Assembly: GCA_964187785.1 (NCBI GenBank)
Contig: OZ076409.1
Coordinates: forward strand, 93,312,001 to 93,376,000
Length of the DNA: 64,000 bases
Source: Amphiscolops sp. MND2022
Taxonomy: Eukaryota
Direction of reading: 5' to 3'
Part shown: piece by piece, positions 52,458 through 64,000 of the stretch
Layout: each line of letters starts with the position of its first letter
How positions within the stretch are numbered: position 1 is the stretch's first letter
Position numbers and translations under genes: made by a program
The notes under the pieces: generated by a model
Databases searched by the model: none
Seen by the model: only the letters and a program-made list of their open reading frames with translations
Told to the model about the DNA's origin: nothing

Positions 52458-54157
52458 AAATTTTCACTGGGCACGTGCTAAAAGTTATCATCTGTGTTGG
52501 TAACTTGATAATCTTAAAATAATCCAAAGCTTTCTAGGATGTAATCTGTCACTGATTCCATCCGATGGAAAAACCCGAATACGCGGTGGTTGAAAGCTGA
52601 TGACAATGATTAGAATACACACATTTCGGTAGCATATTCACTTTTTGCGAGATTCCTACTCGAATAAAATTTTGGTAAAAGGTGTTGAAGTAAATCTCAC
52701 TTGACCAGGTTTCCCTCGGAGCTTTATCATGCCTATCGTAGTGAAAATAGGACTTTATTCGGCCAAAAACTTATCGATCTTGAGCGTTCAAGCAAACCAA
52801 GTCAATATCGAACAAAGATGTGAGTGCTAATGAATTTTTCTAAAGATCTATCAAAAACATCCTATCAAACTTCATCAAAGAGATGGACAAAAAGATAAAC
52901 TAGTCAATGCCGCTAAATGGCCACAAAAAGCAGCTCAAAGTTTTTAGGTACGATTATTGCAACCATTCTACAGTGACACTGCAATCAAAACGGGCGGATA
53001 CCACTTATTTGCATATCAAGACAGAGATTACTTGGAAAGATCAAACTTGCTTCTCTGAACAGTGCATTTGGTTGTTGAATAATCAATATTTCCCGGAAGT
53101 CTGTGACATTTTCCATGCAACACTGCAATGTCACAAGGAAGCTTTTGAGCCCAAATCAAGTAATATCGACTTGGTCAATCTATCTATGTTCAATCCATAA
53201 ACCTCAAAAAGATGTCGCTTTTAAATCTCTAAGCATAGATATATAACATGCAATATTGATTTGTAGTTGTCTGTAACCATTGAATTCAATTAAACTCTAT
53301 CAAACTATTACATGGAAATAATTACTTGAATAAGGAATTACTTGAATTACTTGTTTCAATATTTGGTTCCTTGAAAGTCGGATATCTCTGAACAAAAACC
53401 ATGTTATTGTAAATGATTATTCTGACATGCTGTGTCCACAAAAAGGGAACGTTATAATAGTTTAAAATTAAAGAAGAAAAATAGACTCCGGGTCTATGAA
53501 ATAAGATTAAAATTCCTTGAATTTAAAAAAAAACAGTTTCTCTGATAAAAAACAATAACAACCCTGCAAAGATTTTACCAGATCATTACGTTAAACCATT
53601 CTGTGAGAGACCTTGGTAGTAAATCTTTTCCGTGCAAGTTTAAGTAACATTTTTATAATTTTAAGATGTTAAAGTGTAAGAATTTTTTAAAATGCAATAT
53701 CCTTGCGAGATCATCCAAGAAATACTTTCCCAGATCTTGCACGGATTTTACTTGAACTGGCGAGGCCCTTCACCGAATAAATTATAACCAAGCATCTTGT
53801 TAAGTTTTTCCAATACTTTTACGTGAAATGCATTACCTCGTAAGATCTCTAAACATTCTGGGAAAATCCCAGCAAGTCAAGCCATCTTCGTCAAAATTCG
53901 AAGTTTGTCATTTAAGTATGTATGCATTGGTTGCGTTTCTATTGTTCAGCGCTTTTCGGTATTGTTATTTTCGGTATGCGGAGAACTCGTCGACAACAAC
54001 TCGCCGAATGCAACTCGTCGAAAACTCGTCGAAATTAAAGGGCGGAAAACTGGTCGAAAATTAACTCGTCGAATAATAATTGAGTGCAAACTCGTCGAAT
54101 AAGAACAGATTAGCAACAGGGATTATCGAGTGCTAATTATGGATTACCTTTCATTAA

Positions 54158-54339
54158 TTGATGCGTGAAATTGTCAGTTTTACGCATAATATAACTTTTT
54201 TAGATATATAATTGTTTGAAATGTTTCACTTTTATAGTTTACAGAGTATACACTGTAAACTATAAAAGTGAAACATTTCAAACAATTATATATCTAAAAA
54301 AGTTATATTATGCGTAAAACTGACAATTTCACGCATCAA
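54158..54339. repeat. 182-bp near-perfect palindrome
   Basis: The 87-bp arms 54158-54244 and 54253-54339 are exact reverse complements. One A/A mismatch flanks a central GTATAC. Confidence 0.95.
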
Positions 54340-54697
54340 AAATGTTCATTAATACTTCATTATAGTTCAGAGTTTCATAAGACATTGCGATCACAAAGTT
54401 AGCATTATACTTGTCTGAGATTATTTTCTAGTCCTGTGTCATGCCAGCATGATGGAAATATAGTTTACTAAATATCTGCAATCTAAATATTATGTCTTAT
54501 GTACTTAGATATGGGCAATATGATGTCATATAATAAGAGTCATGGTTGTGAGCAACCCTACGCTACTTGTACCTAATTCCATCCCCCCTTGAGTGTGAGT
54601 TATATATATGTACTTAATACTGAGCGTTCTAGTTCCGGTGTCCGCAGAAAAGATCATGCCCAAAGCAATAATGTGCTATAGTCATTAGATATTGGTT

Positions 54698-56535
54698 TGT
54701 CACGACATGGGAGAGAAGTTTTCCGGTCAGACTGGGCCGAAGGACAGAAAAAGGATGGATTTTGTTACTTCAGTAAGCTCCCGCATCAGAGCGACAGTTG
54801 TGACAAATCATAGTCTCAGTGTTACTAGTGCTAGTTTATGCAACCATACCAGAGGAAAGTCGATCCTTTTCTCATCCACAAGAATCTTTACTACTAGTCA
54901 CGCATAAACTGGCGCTTACAGTGAAAGTTCATCGCAAACCCATCAGCGGGTTTGGCGGTGGATTCATTTATTGTTAAATCTACTACAATTCATCTCAAAT
55001 CCATTAGCGGATTTGTTCAGCGCTATTTCTTCCAAAAGTTCATCGCAAATTCATCCTCACGTTTGCGAGTGAATTGGATATGAGACTATTTACTCAAATT
55101 CGTTACTAATCCATCAGCGGTTATCATGGGACTAAAAATTTGTTAAAACTCATCTTAAATTCATCGCTAGAATGTATTTCAATAGTTTCTAATGTGCTTC
55201 TCATTTTCTCGAACGTAAAGCTCATCGTTTAGACATCGCATACCCAGAGAGACTGAGAAACTGGGAGGTACATCTTTAATTCATCATAAAAGAGCGATTG
55301 TGCTGGATTTACTTATTTAAATGGAAAAACACATCCTTCATTCATCGTCGGTCCAGGAAAGTGCTGGAAATAGCAAAAAAGAGAGGTTGGTCCATCTCTT
55401 TTTCATCGCGATCGTTATGAGTGCCTATCTTTAGACAGAAAATAACCTGGAATTCATCAAATTTGTATCCTATACTAGTTTATAGTTCGAAATTAGTGAA
55501 TATTCCCACATTTTTCATCGCTAATTCATCCTTGTGTACAAAATGATGTTTTATATTGCTGGTATTGTCTAGAAAGCATCGCATTCTCATCGCTTGATGT
55601 ATTTTACTTTGATTTGGCGTGAAATTAGTGCAATAATGATCAATTTCATCATTTGTTTACCTCCATAGCAACAGTTGTTATGTGCAGGCAATTCACAACG
55701 CTGTAAAGCCGATGATTCACTATCATTTTATATACATGCAGATTTAACATACGAGGTAGCCATCCTGCGGCAATTCGCACCACTGGTAGTCACATGACTT
55801 ACCAATTAACACCAGCTGAAACAGCCAATGAGAAACGAAGGTTGGTAAGAATTGAGTCTTACCAACCAGAAAAAACGTGCGAATTACAGTAGTTGGATCC
55901 GCCAAAATTGATTAGTCAGAAGAGAATTGTGACTAGCTACAGTACAGACGGTTACACACGTTTACATCTGATTTTCATCCGTATTTTCCAGATCGATTAA
56001 TCAATTTCTACCTTGACTCTAACTTGCGATGAAATTTAGATGAGCTCCTTTTATTGTTGCTTCGAACTGAATTACACTACCGTTAAGATTTGATTTCATA
56101 ACCTTCATCGAAAACGCATCTCAGTTCAAAAGAGTGAATTCGAGATATTTACAATAACAATTAAAATACATCCAACAAACACCCGAGAACAATCCAGTCT
56201 TCGCTCATATTGATTTTTCACCCTTCGTATGAGTTCAGAACAAGGAACTTTACTCAGGAACGGCAAAACCATCAGTCCCATGTCAGAAGAAAATACCTCC
56301 TCGAACAACGCACTGGCAGAGTCAAGTATTACTGATTCTGAAGTTAATGATGGTTCTAACATTTCTTCCCACTTGGCTGAAATGCAGGAAAATTACGAGA
56401 GGAAAATTGGTGAACTCCAATCAGAATTCAGTCAACTGAAAGACCTAATGATGGCTATTATCAATAAATCGAATAGCGACAGCCCATCGACGAGCTCTCA
56501 GGGTCTTTCAAAGCGGCCCCAAGTAGGGCACGACA
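54698..56535 (+). mobile_element. Probable solo LTR (~1.84 kb) of a second family
   Basis: TGTCACGAC...CACGACA termini, many TTCATCG motifs, and a gag-N-terminus-like ORF at its 3' end. Flanks TGGTT and TCTTG do not form a TSD. Confidence 0.6.
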
Positions 56536-56600
56536 TCTTGCGACAAGTTTTCCACCCAAGACCTTCCAGCGAGTTGCTTTTTGACGAGTTTTCCACCTAG
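56229..56600 (+). CDS. LTR-encoded Gag N-terminus-like ORF reading through into flanking DNA
   Basis: MSSEQGTLLRNGK start, coiled-coil-like QENYERKIGELQSEFSQLKDLMM and Ser-rich linker. It crosses the putative LTR end at 56535. Confidence 0.5.
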   Translation: MSSEQGTLLRNGKTISPMSEENTSSNNALAESSITDSEVNDGSNISSHLAEMQENYERKIGELQSEFSQLKDLMMAIINKSNSDSPSTSSQGLSKRPQVGHDILRQVFHPRPSSELLFDEFST

Positions 56601-59522
56601 TATTTTCGACCACTTGATTTCAGAGAGTTGTTTTCGACGAGTTTTCCTAGATTCGTTTTTTTCAAATCTAATCTTACTTGAAGCCCCGACAAGTTCCAGC
56701 TTCGAGTTTTCCGACTGAAAATCAGGCACTGACATTTGTCGACGAGCAGCTCCGTTCAAAGCCGAGTGAAGTTGAATTGTGCTCGAGCGATGAACTCTTT
56801 CGTAGCTATTGCTACTGTTACTGCTGCTATCGTTGGAGTTCCCACTGCTGAGGGCATTGTTAGACTTCAGTGAAACTTGGTTGACTCATCGAAAAATTTC
56901 GTGATTAACCTCCCAGTCGTCTTTTTATTCTCTGATTTTATCTTCAGAGCATCTTTGAAAACATTCAGCGTTGAATAAATTCGGTTTGTCGTCACAGTTT
57001 TCATGGGGAAAATTTCGGAACAAAAGTTGAAAAATAATAATCTTCAATCCATATTTTGAAATTTTTCCAGATTATGAACAATTTTTTGAACGTTTTGTTA
57101 AAATAGTTCAAATTCAAAGAGTCTTCACAGAGTACCCTATTGAAAGACGCCGAGGAAAATGAAGGTTTTCAGAGTGCATAAAGAAGAATTTTCACTTCCC
57201 AGGTCTCTGTCTACAGCTTCATTCAAGAAATATAAAAAGATAAAGAAATTTTAAACAACAATTACGGATAGAAAAATTGTAGGTTTTTAAATTTGAATTT
57301 TGTTGAACTTGCACATTTAACTCGCGTGCATATCAAACTTTCAGTCTAGTTTTTGCACAAAAAATGCAAAATAGTGAGATTTTTTTTGTACATGTACAAA
57401 AGAAATGATCTCACTATTTTGCATTTTTTGTGCAACTATTTTTTGTGCAACAGTAGTTGCAACAACATTTTTTGTGCAACAATAGTTGCAACTATTGAAA
57501 AATTGCATCATCGCATCACTGAAGGCCGTTCGTGGAAACTTCCAACTTTTCTGCCGAGCTCCAAGTGATGGTTTCACAGACTCTAGCCACCGCCGATCTC
57601 ACTTTCTTCAATTTTCTCCTCTTTCTCACATTCTCTCTGAACACTATAGTCCTGATTCTGTGATTGGTCCTTCCGATGTCATTCTGATGCTGCGGGTTCG
57701 AGCCCCGCTGAGAGACTTCTAATTTTGGTTCTTCTGGTTCATGGATGAAAGAATTATTTCTAGTCCTTTTCAAGCAGGGTTTGTCAAAAATCAATCAAGA
57801 TTTATTTTTGAAGGAACATCGAAGGCCCTAAACAAAATGGTTTCTATTCTCATTGAAAGTACCCTGTATTCTGGGAAAATAGGTAACAAAATTTCGACTA
57901 AATTGAACGCTAGCACAATTCTTGGGTTAGGTCACTATATTTTACCAAAGAGTTTGGTCACTATAGTTCAATATTCAGTTACTAGTTTGGCGATTAAATT
58001 TCAACAAATCCTGCCTGAGAGTTTCTCTGATAACAGTACACTCTGGCAGCTGTGTTTCATCGCCTGATCCGGATTTTGTTGTCGTGGAAATGCTAGCCGG
58101 ACTTTTGGAGTTGTTGTAGGGAATGGTATTTCGTTTGGTGATAGGTCCTGTAGTCTCAAGACAATATCCGGTTTGGGTTCGACTAATGAGCAAGAAAGAC
58201 GGAATATATGATCTGAATTTCTCAACACTTCAATATTTCAAGCAAAAAGTTGTCTTCAAGTATTCTTCAACTTAAAAAAAATGCTCAAGTTTTCAAATTA
58301 TAAAATCCAGTTCGAGAAAAAATACAAATATATTCTTAGCATTTCAGTACACTAACATATTCTCCAGCTAAAGGAAATTTTGGGGGAAAATAATGAAAAA
58401 TGTACTGAAATATATTCGAACAAAACAGTTTTTGGGAAAATTCAATTGGATTAAAGGAGATTCGATCAAAATATTCCATACTTGGGGAACTCATTGAATT
58501 TTTTAGCAGTTAAACTGGGCAGGCGAAGTCGGTATTGTTGATTAACGGAAGAACTGGAAACAGGCTGGACCGAATTTATTGCGTTTATGGAATAACCATT
58601 TTCCGAACTTTTTGTAAATAGGGGGGAAATCCCAGTGAAATAAACTTGAATTCCGGTCGATGCCATGGTTTGTACGAGTATCGAAAACGCAACTTGAGTT
58701 GGAGGATCTTTTTCAGAGTAATTTGATTGTAAATGTGATTCCTTACACGTGTTTTAAATGAAATTTATGAATAAAACGGCGAGAGTAGTTGAAACTAAAG
58801 CAAAATATATATATTGATGTTTCATCAATAGATGGCTTTATATTACAGTTATATAATCTATATAATCACGAATATATATCGAGCACCATATGACCATATT
58901 TGGCAGCCAATTTGTGTAAATTATAATTTGGAAAAATATTTGTTCCCACCTGTGTACGCACATGTATGGAACAGGTATGAATAATTCAAGTGCAAACCAA
59001 AGATTTTTCCATAATTTTTCAAAGATGCACGTTGCAAAATTCATGCAAGAAAAACGCTGCCATGTTTTCGTTAACAAAGGCGCTGTGAAAAACGTGTAAA
59101 CGTGAAACTTTTTTCATCTGTGCGCACAGAAGCTAATTTCTGGAACGTCTTCAAATAACTATTTTTTCTTTGAAAATTTAACATCAAGAAAACGTTTCAA
59201 AGGCAAAAACGAAGGTGCGCAAAGCTTTTGAAAATAAATTAGATCCATATTCAGATGTCTATCGTTTTTGTGTACATAGAATTTAAATAATAGTGATATG
59301 AAAAGGCCACCTTTGAAGTTTAAGAGTTCATGAAACCGGTCTGATCAATTATTTAGAATATGAAAATAATGGTTGGAGTGAAAAAAATATATTTTCATTT
59401 TCTGAGGTTTGATTTTCGTTTTTAGTCGGCGCTGTCTTTGAAAAAGATCCGAATTCAGTTGTGACTGCTTTTTCGATGAACACGCCAACTGACAGATGCA
59501 ATTTGGATTTATGCAACAATTT

Positions 59523-59596
59523 GGTTCAGTAGACTCGTGGCGGACTAGTGCCACGGATTATCAGATATCAGGTCCGAGGTTCGAATCCTGTGCAGA
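59523..59596 (+). pseudogene. tRNA-like segment (pseudo-tRNA or SINE head)
   Basis: A-box-like TAGACTCGTGG and B-box/T-arm AGGTTCGAATCCT at tRNA-like spacing. The acceptor stem is poor. Confidence 0.5.
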
Positions 59597-61798
59597 CGAA
59601 AAGTTTTTGTCATGTTAGCAAAGCTAGCTTGAAGTTGCAAAGTTTTTGCAATTGCTTTGGCACAATATCATTGGTCTCTCATTTACTATTCATTTTTTTC
59701 TCAACAAAGGGGTCAATTATAACTTCACAACAAATTTTATTTATCACTACAATAATCTATAATAATCTAATTAATTTATCATAACAATATTTTTTGTGCC
59801 GTTACAAATAAAAACCACACAAAAGGCCAAAATTTAGAAAAGACAGCAGAAACGGATTCTCAGCACAGGCGAGTATTTGCAGTGGACAACTCGAAAAGGG
59901 TTTTAAGAAGAAGTTTTCAAGTAAATCAATCATTCTCTGAAATCAAAACACTACCATTCAAGACATCGAGATGAACCAGTGAAAAGCTAGCGAATGCAGT
60001 TACGTAACGACGATTTTAATTGGCTGAATTGACTCGACCCGAATAGCTCAGCGATCAGTTGATTGCAGTTCATATCGAGGTCTCGGGAGAAAGTCATGAG
60101 AATTTTTTAGCGAAAAATGTTAACGAACATCATTTGAACCACTTCACTATTATTTTGAAGAACTGTTATGTTCAAGTCTCCCCCACGTTTGAGTCTCCTA
60201 AAAGAAAATGAAAGAATTCACAATGCTGATTCTGAAAACCAGATGTTGATCATTAATCGTCATTCCGATTGGCTTAACTCCAGCATTTAGGGCATGGTTT
60301 TTTAACAACTTGTGAGATTTCGGTCTGAGACCAATGAGAATGCATCTAACCTTTGGGCGATCCTCGATGCGTGAAGGCTATGGAAGTGTAGCTGTCATCA
60401 TTTTCCAATCCCAGAGATTTTGGACGATTGCGCCCATTGTAGAATGCTATCCCTGTTTTCTCTCTGAAACAGTTAAACTCAAAATAAAACTCAAAAATAA
60501 CAGAAAGGATGTTAAAATGGACTTTTCCATATTCTTGTTAAAGTTCTACAATGCTGTTTTCAACACATTGGCAACAGTGCTACAACTGTAAAAATACAGA
60601 AGCCACCATACTTGACCATTGAAAAATTGCGATATTTCTATCCTTTCGCAGAGTTCATCCATCAATTGAGCTGAATCAACTTGACGGCATTACGACAACT
60701 CATATCAAGCAAACTCATACCTCATCTCAATTGGTAAAAAACATATATTCGTTCAGTTTTATATGAAAAGTACAAGGACCTAACTTATGCAGAGGAGTCC
60801 GCCCATTTTATACGTTTTTTTGCGATTTGTAAATAAAAGAATGATTTGTAAATCGAAGCCCAGCAGATTCCCGGAATGATCCGGGAATCATTTCGTAGAA
60901 CGATTGTAACGGCAAGCTGTTATCGGTCGCTTAACACGTTAACAGAGGTGGAGGAACCTGCAGGAATGGGTGATTCGCTCGGGACAGGCGCCCATCGCCA
61001 CAGATCCATTTTGCCTCCAGGGGTGAAATACGTCCCGGGGCCGCGGGTGCTTCGACGAATACTGTCCAACCGGTCCTAGTCTTTGATTGCTAATAATAAC
61101 GGGCATCTTTCTGGCTCTCTAAAGACCACCGCTTAACTAGCATATAAAAACAATGCCAAGAATAAGGTATATTTCCAGTTCCAGAGTGACATGTGAATAA
61201 GATCTAAAATTGGGGAATAAGATCTAAACTAGCGCTAGCGCTTCTGAATACAGCCAAAATCACTGAAAACACATGAAAACAGGCACGAATATGGCAAACC
61301 ACACAGCTACAAGCTGGGGCGCAGGGGCTCCAAGCACCAAACAAGGATCTTTAGGCGAAAAGACTCATTTTTACGGTTTCCGCTACATAGGGTAGCATAA
61401 TGCTGAAAATCGATAAAACCGGGGTTAGCACCTCAAAAAGAGTCTATTTTCAGTCGTTCTTGCCGTCTCTGGCTTCTGTCATGGCGGCGCGCCCGTGTTT
61501 TTGCTCGTTCTTGCTCTTTGTTGTCGAAGTACCTGCCGATTTCGTGGAAACAGCGAAAAGAGCAATCACATGCTCAGTGCCACGTCACACATCGGATTAG
61601 AATTTTTGACAAAATTTTTGAACATGTCAAAGTTGCAAAATCGGTTGATATTGCTGTACCAGAGCTTGCCGTTACAGATCGTGCAATGATCATGACACAA
61701 TCACGCCTAAGTCTTAGCTGCGATCAAATACAGTGACAGCACTGCACTCCAGAAATTCGAAAGAAACGCTTCATTTTTTAGCCTAACTAAGAACTCCA

Positions 61799-63069
61799 CA
61801 GTAGTGATAATATTAAAAGCAACATAGTGGGAAGATTTTGAAATTTTCAAAATGCAATTACTCAAAACAGGAACGAGATAGATGAAAACTGTGAATAAAA
61901 AAATATTGCTCACATTTCAATTATTTGTGGCATACCCATTGTTTTGTAATACGAGAATAATTCGGCTGGGAATTGAGTCAAAAAGATTTTGCACATACTC
62001 TTTTGGTATTTTGGCGAATTCTTTTTGAGAAAAAGACAAGAGTTCATCCAGATTTCGGGGATTTCTCTGGGAGACTGCCTTCTTTAGAACTGACCACAAA
62101 CTTTTAATAATATTCAGATCTGGTGACTGTGGCGGCCAATTTTCTAGACAAAGGAAGACCTTTTCCTCGAAAAAAATTCGCGTTTTTCGGCACTGTGGAC
62201 CGGGGCGTTGTCTTGTTGGAAAATTTCATGCAAATCCAAGAAGTTTAGGGCATGATCTTTCAGAATTTGTATATAACAGCTGGTATCCACTTTGTTTTTT
62301 ATTGGAACGATAATTTTTTCTCTGTTCGATCGAATGCACCCCCAAAGCATTAGCGTTTGTGATGGAATTAGACGATGTTTAAGGACGTATTTCTGATTAA
62401 ATCGCTTGCTTCTGGGACGTCGTACAAAAATTTTCCTTGTCGGTCGCAATTCCATCATTGTTTCGTCCGAAAAAAATACGTTTTTGCACGGAAAACTTCT
62501 CATTTTTTCCCGACACCCAGTCAATCTTTTTTGCCGGTTTACATCGGATATAAGAGGTTTCTTCGGACATATTCTGGCTTTCAGACCACGGCTGGCTAAG
62601 ATTTGTCGGATATAAGACGCAGAAATTTCGAAGGAGAACTCTTTTTTATTTCGGTAGAGTTAAGGAATGGGTCTTTTTTCGCTTTTTCGCTGTCCTAACG
62701 ACAATTTTTTTTTCATTTTTTCGGTTATTTTGCGGTTTCTACCCGGTCTTTTCCTATCTTCTACGGTTCCAAATGCTTCGTACTTCTTGATGATGCGAAG
62801 AACTGTTGATGAAAATATTAATAACTCTTTGGAAATTCGGCAAAACTTCCATTTTTGTTTGTACAGGTTAATAACCTGGCGTCGCTTTTGCAGACTAATT
62901 TTTGGCATCCTACTCAAAATTGTGACGGTAAATTTACTATCCACTTCAAGAACTGGAGTTTCCAAAACAAACAAAACCCGAGGACATTCCGACGCCTAGA
63001 TCTTGAGATATTCTAGTTTGAGATTTACAAACTAGATTCGTTATGTTGCTTTTAATATTATCACTACTG
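61799..63069 (-). mobile_element. Tc1/mariner DNA transposon, 1271 bp, inactive
   Basis: 28-bp TIRs CAGTAGTGATAATATTAAAAGCAACATA at 61799-61826 and inverted at 63042-63069. TA flank on the right and CA on the left. Confidence 0.92.
61917..62908 (-). pseudogene. Tc1-type DDE transposase pseudogene
   Basis: N-terminal HTH and RPGR motif, FSDE, QQDNAP and WPPQSPDLNIIK, where the catalytic E is replaced by K. At least two frameshifts. Confidence 0.92.
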
Positions 63070-64000
63070 TACCTTGCGAAGTAGCTGTAAGATTTCTGAG
63101 GAATCAATCGGAAAAAGTGGTTTTCTCAAAGACAAGACAGCCCGATAAGTCGATGCTATCTTTTGCTGAAATTGTTAACTATGTAGAAAGATTGCAAGCA
63201 ACCGCGCCATTCTGTCCAGTACCAAATTCAAATCAGAATTTCAGATGAGTTCATCTATTTCAGCCAAATTTTATTCAATATTATGATTTTATGATCAAGT
63301 ATGTTTATGCCCGAAGTCACTTAAAACGAAATGGCAAAACAGAGGGCGAATGAAAGAAATTGGTGAAATGAACAAAAAAAGCATTACAAATGCCAACCTC
63401 AGAACAGTATCACGCTTATCGTGGAAAGATTACAGCAAGATCGTATCAATCATAGATCACACATAACGATTCGTAGTACGAATCATAACACGAAATGCAT
63501 GTATTCTAAGATTTTCTGTTGAAAAATAATAAAGTGGGGCAATTATGTTTCATAATTTAACCATCGCACTAATTTTTGCATACCCTTTTTCATTGCAAGA
63601 GCGTCTTCGGTGACTTCAGGCGTAACGACATTTAATTTTAGGTTGATCACCTGAAATTGCGCAAAATTGGTGAATTCATCTGAGGTTTTGATTGAAATTT
63701 TGTCAGGTTTTTTCACTATTTGGCTGTTCGACCTGTGGGTTTGCCGTCTCTTTGTGTCAATCACCTTCTCTATTGAGTTACTACAAACCATATTGCTACT
63801 TTGCTAGGTAGAGTTCTCAATTAGGCTATAAAATGGAGTAATGCTTTCGAGTTTCTTACGTGCATTGCGGACACTGTGCTAGAACTCTATCAAACGTTTT
63901 GTGATACAGTCGTATTACGGCATCAAGCCAAACGTAATACCACTTGCGGCACGATCATCGCTACGATTCTGACATGATTGTACCGCGAACTTCGTACGAT

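Larger units (their letters stand above)
53972..56655. mobile_element. Foldback-like element with AACTCGTCGA subterminal repeats, interrupted by a solo LTR
   Basis: Repeated AACTCGTCGA at 53983-54098 and inverted TCGACGAGTT-like copies at 56540-56645. No convincing TSD. Confidence 0.55.

Noticed and set aside
56678..56884. Ser/Asn-rich exon-like frame on the minus strand ending at a GTAAGA donor
   Set aside because: There is no clear acceptor or start upstream, an in-frame stop is nearby, and no homology was recognised.
57500..58230. Cluster of overlapping short ORFs
   Set aside because: There is no continuous frame or motif, so it cannot be distinguished from chance or decayed coding sequence.
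59523..59596. Functional tRNA gene
   Set aside because: The acceptor and anticodon stems do not pair properly, so it is kept only as a pseudo-tRNA or SINE head.

Overview
Repeat-dominated eukaryotic DNA, probably from an invertebrate animal, with almost no recognisable host coding sequence. The centrepiece is a young 16.3-kb Ty3/Gypsy LTR retrotransposon (34955-51261). It has 2483-bp LTRs, a TTCGC target-site duplication, a gag that starts inside the LTR, and a -1 frameshift into PR-RT-RH-IN with one nonsense mutation in IN. Between pol and the 3' LTR it carries 5.4 kb of cargo: (i) an antisense 7-exon, ~1086-aa gene whose six GT-AG introns all join in frame, with a zinc finger and degenerate hAT-transposase-like motifs; (ii) a repeat-rich putative bidirectional promoter; (iii) a sense ORF for an acidic, disordered 254-aa protein that ends inside the 3' LTR. 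The left end of the element plus flank is tandemly duplicated (4.27 kb). The rest of the window holds decayed Gypsy and BEL/Pao remnants, a 3-unit ~5-kb tandem array, Helentron-type non-autonomous elements, Mutator-like foldback elements with 9-bp TSDs, a 182-bp palindrome, a solo LTR of a second family, a tRNA-like segment and a dead Tc1 element. All calls were made by eye from the sequence and ORF track; no database searches were run.
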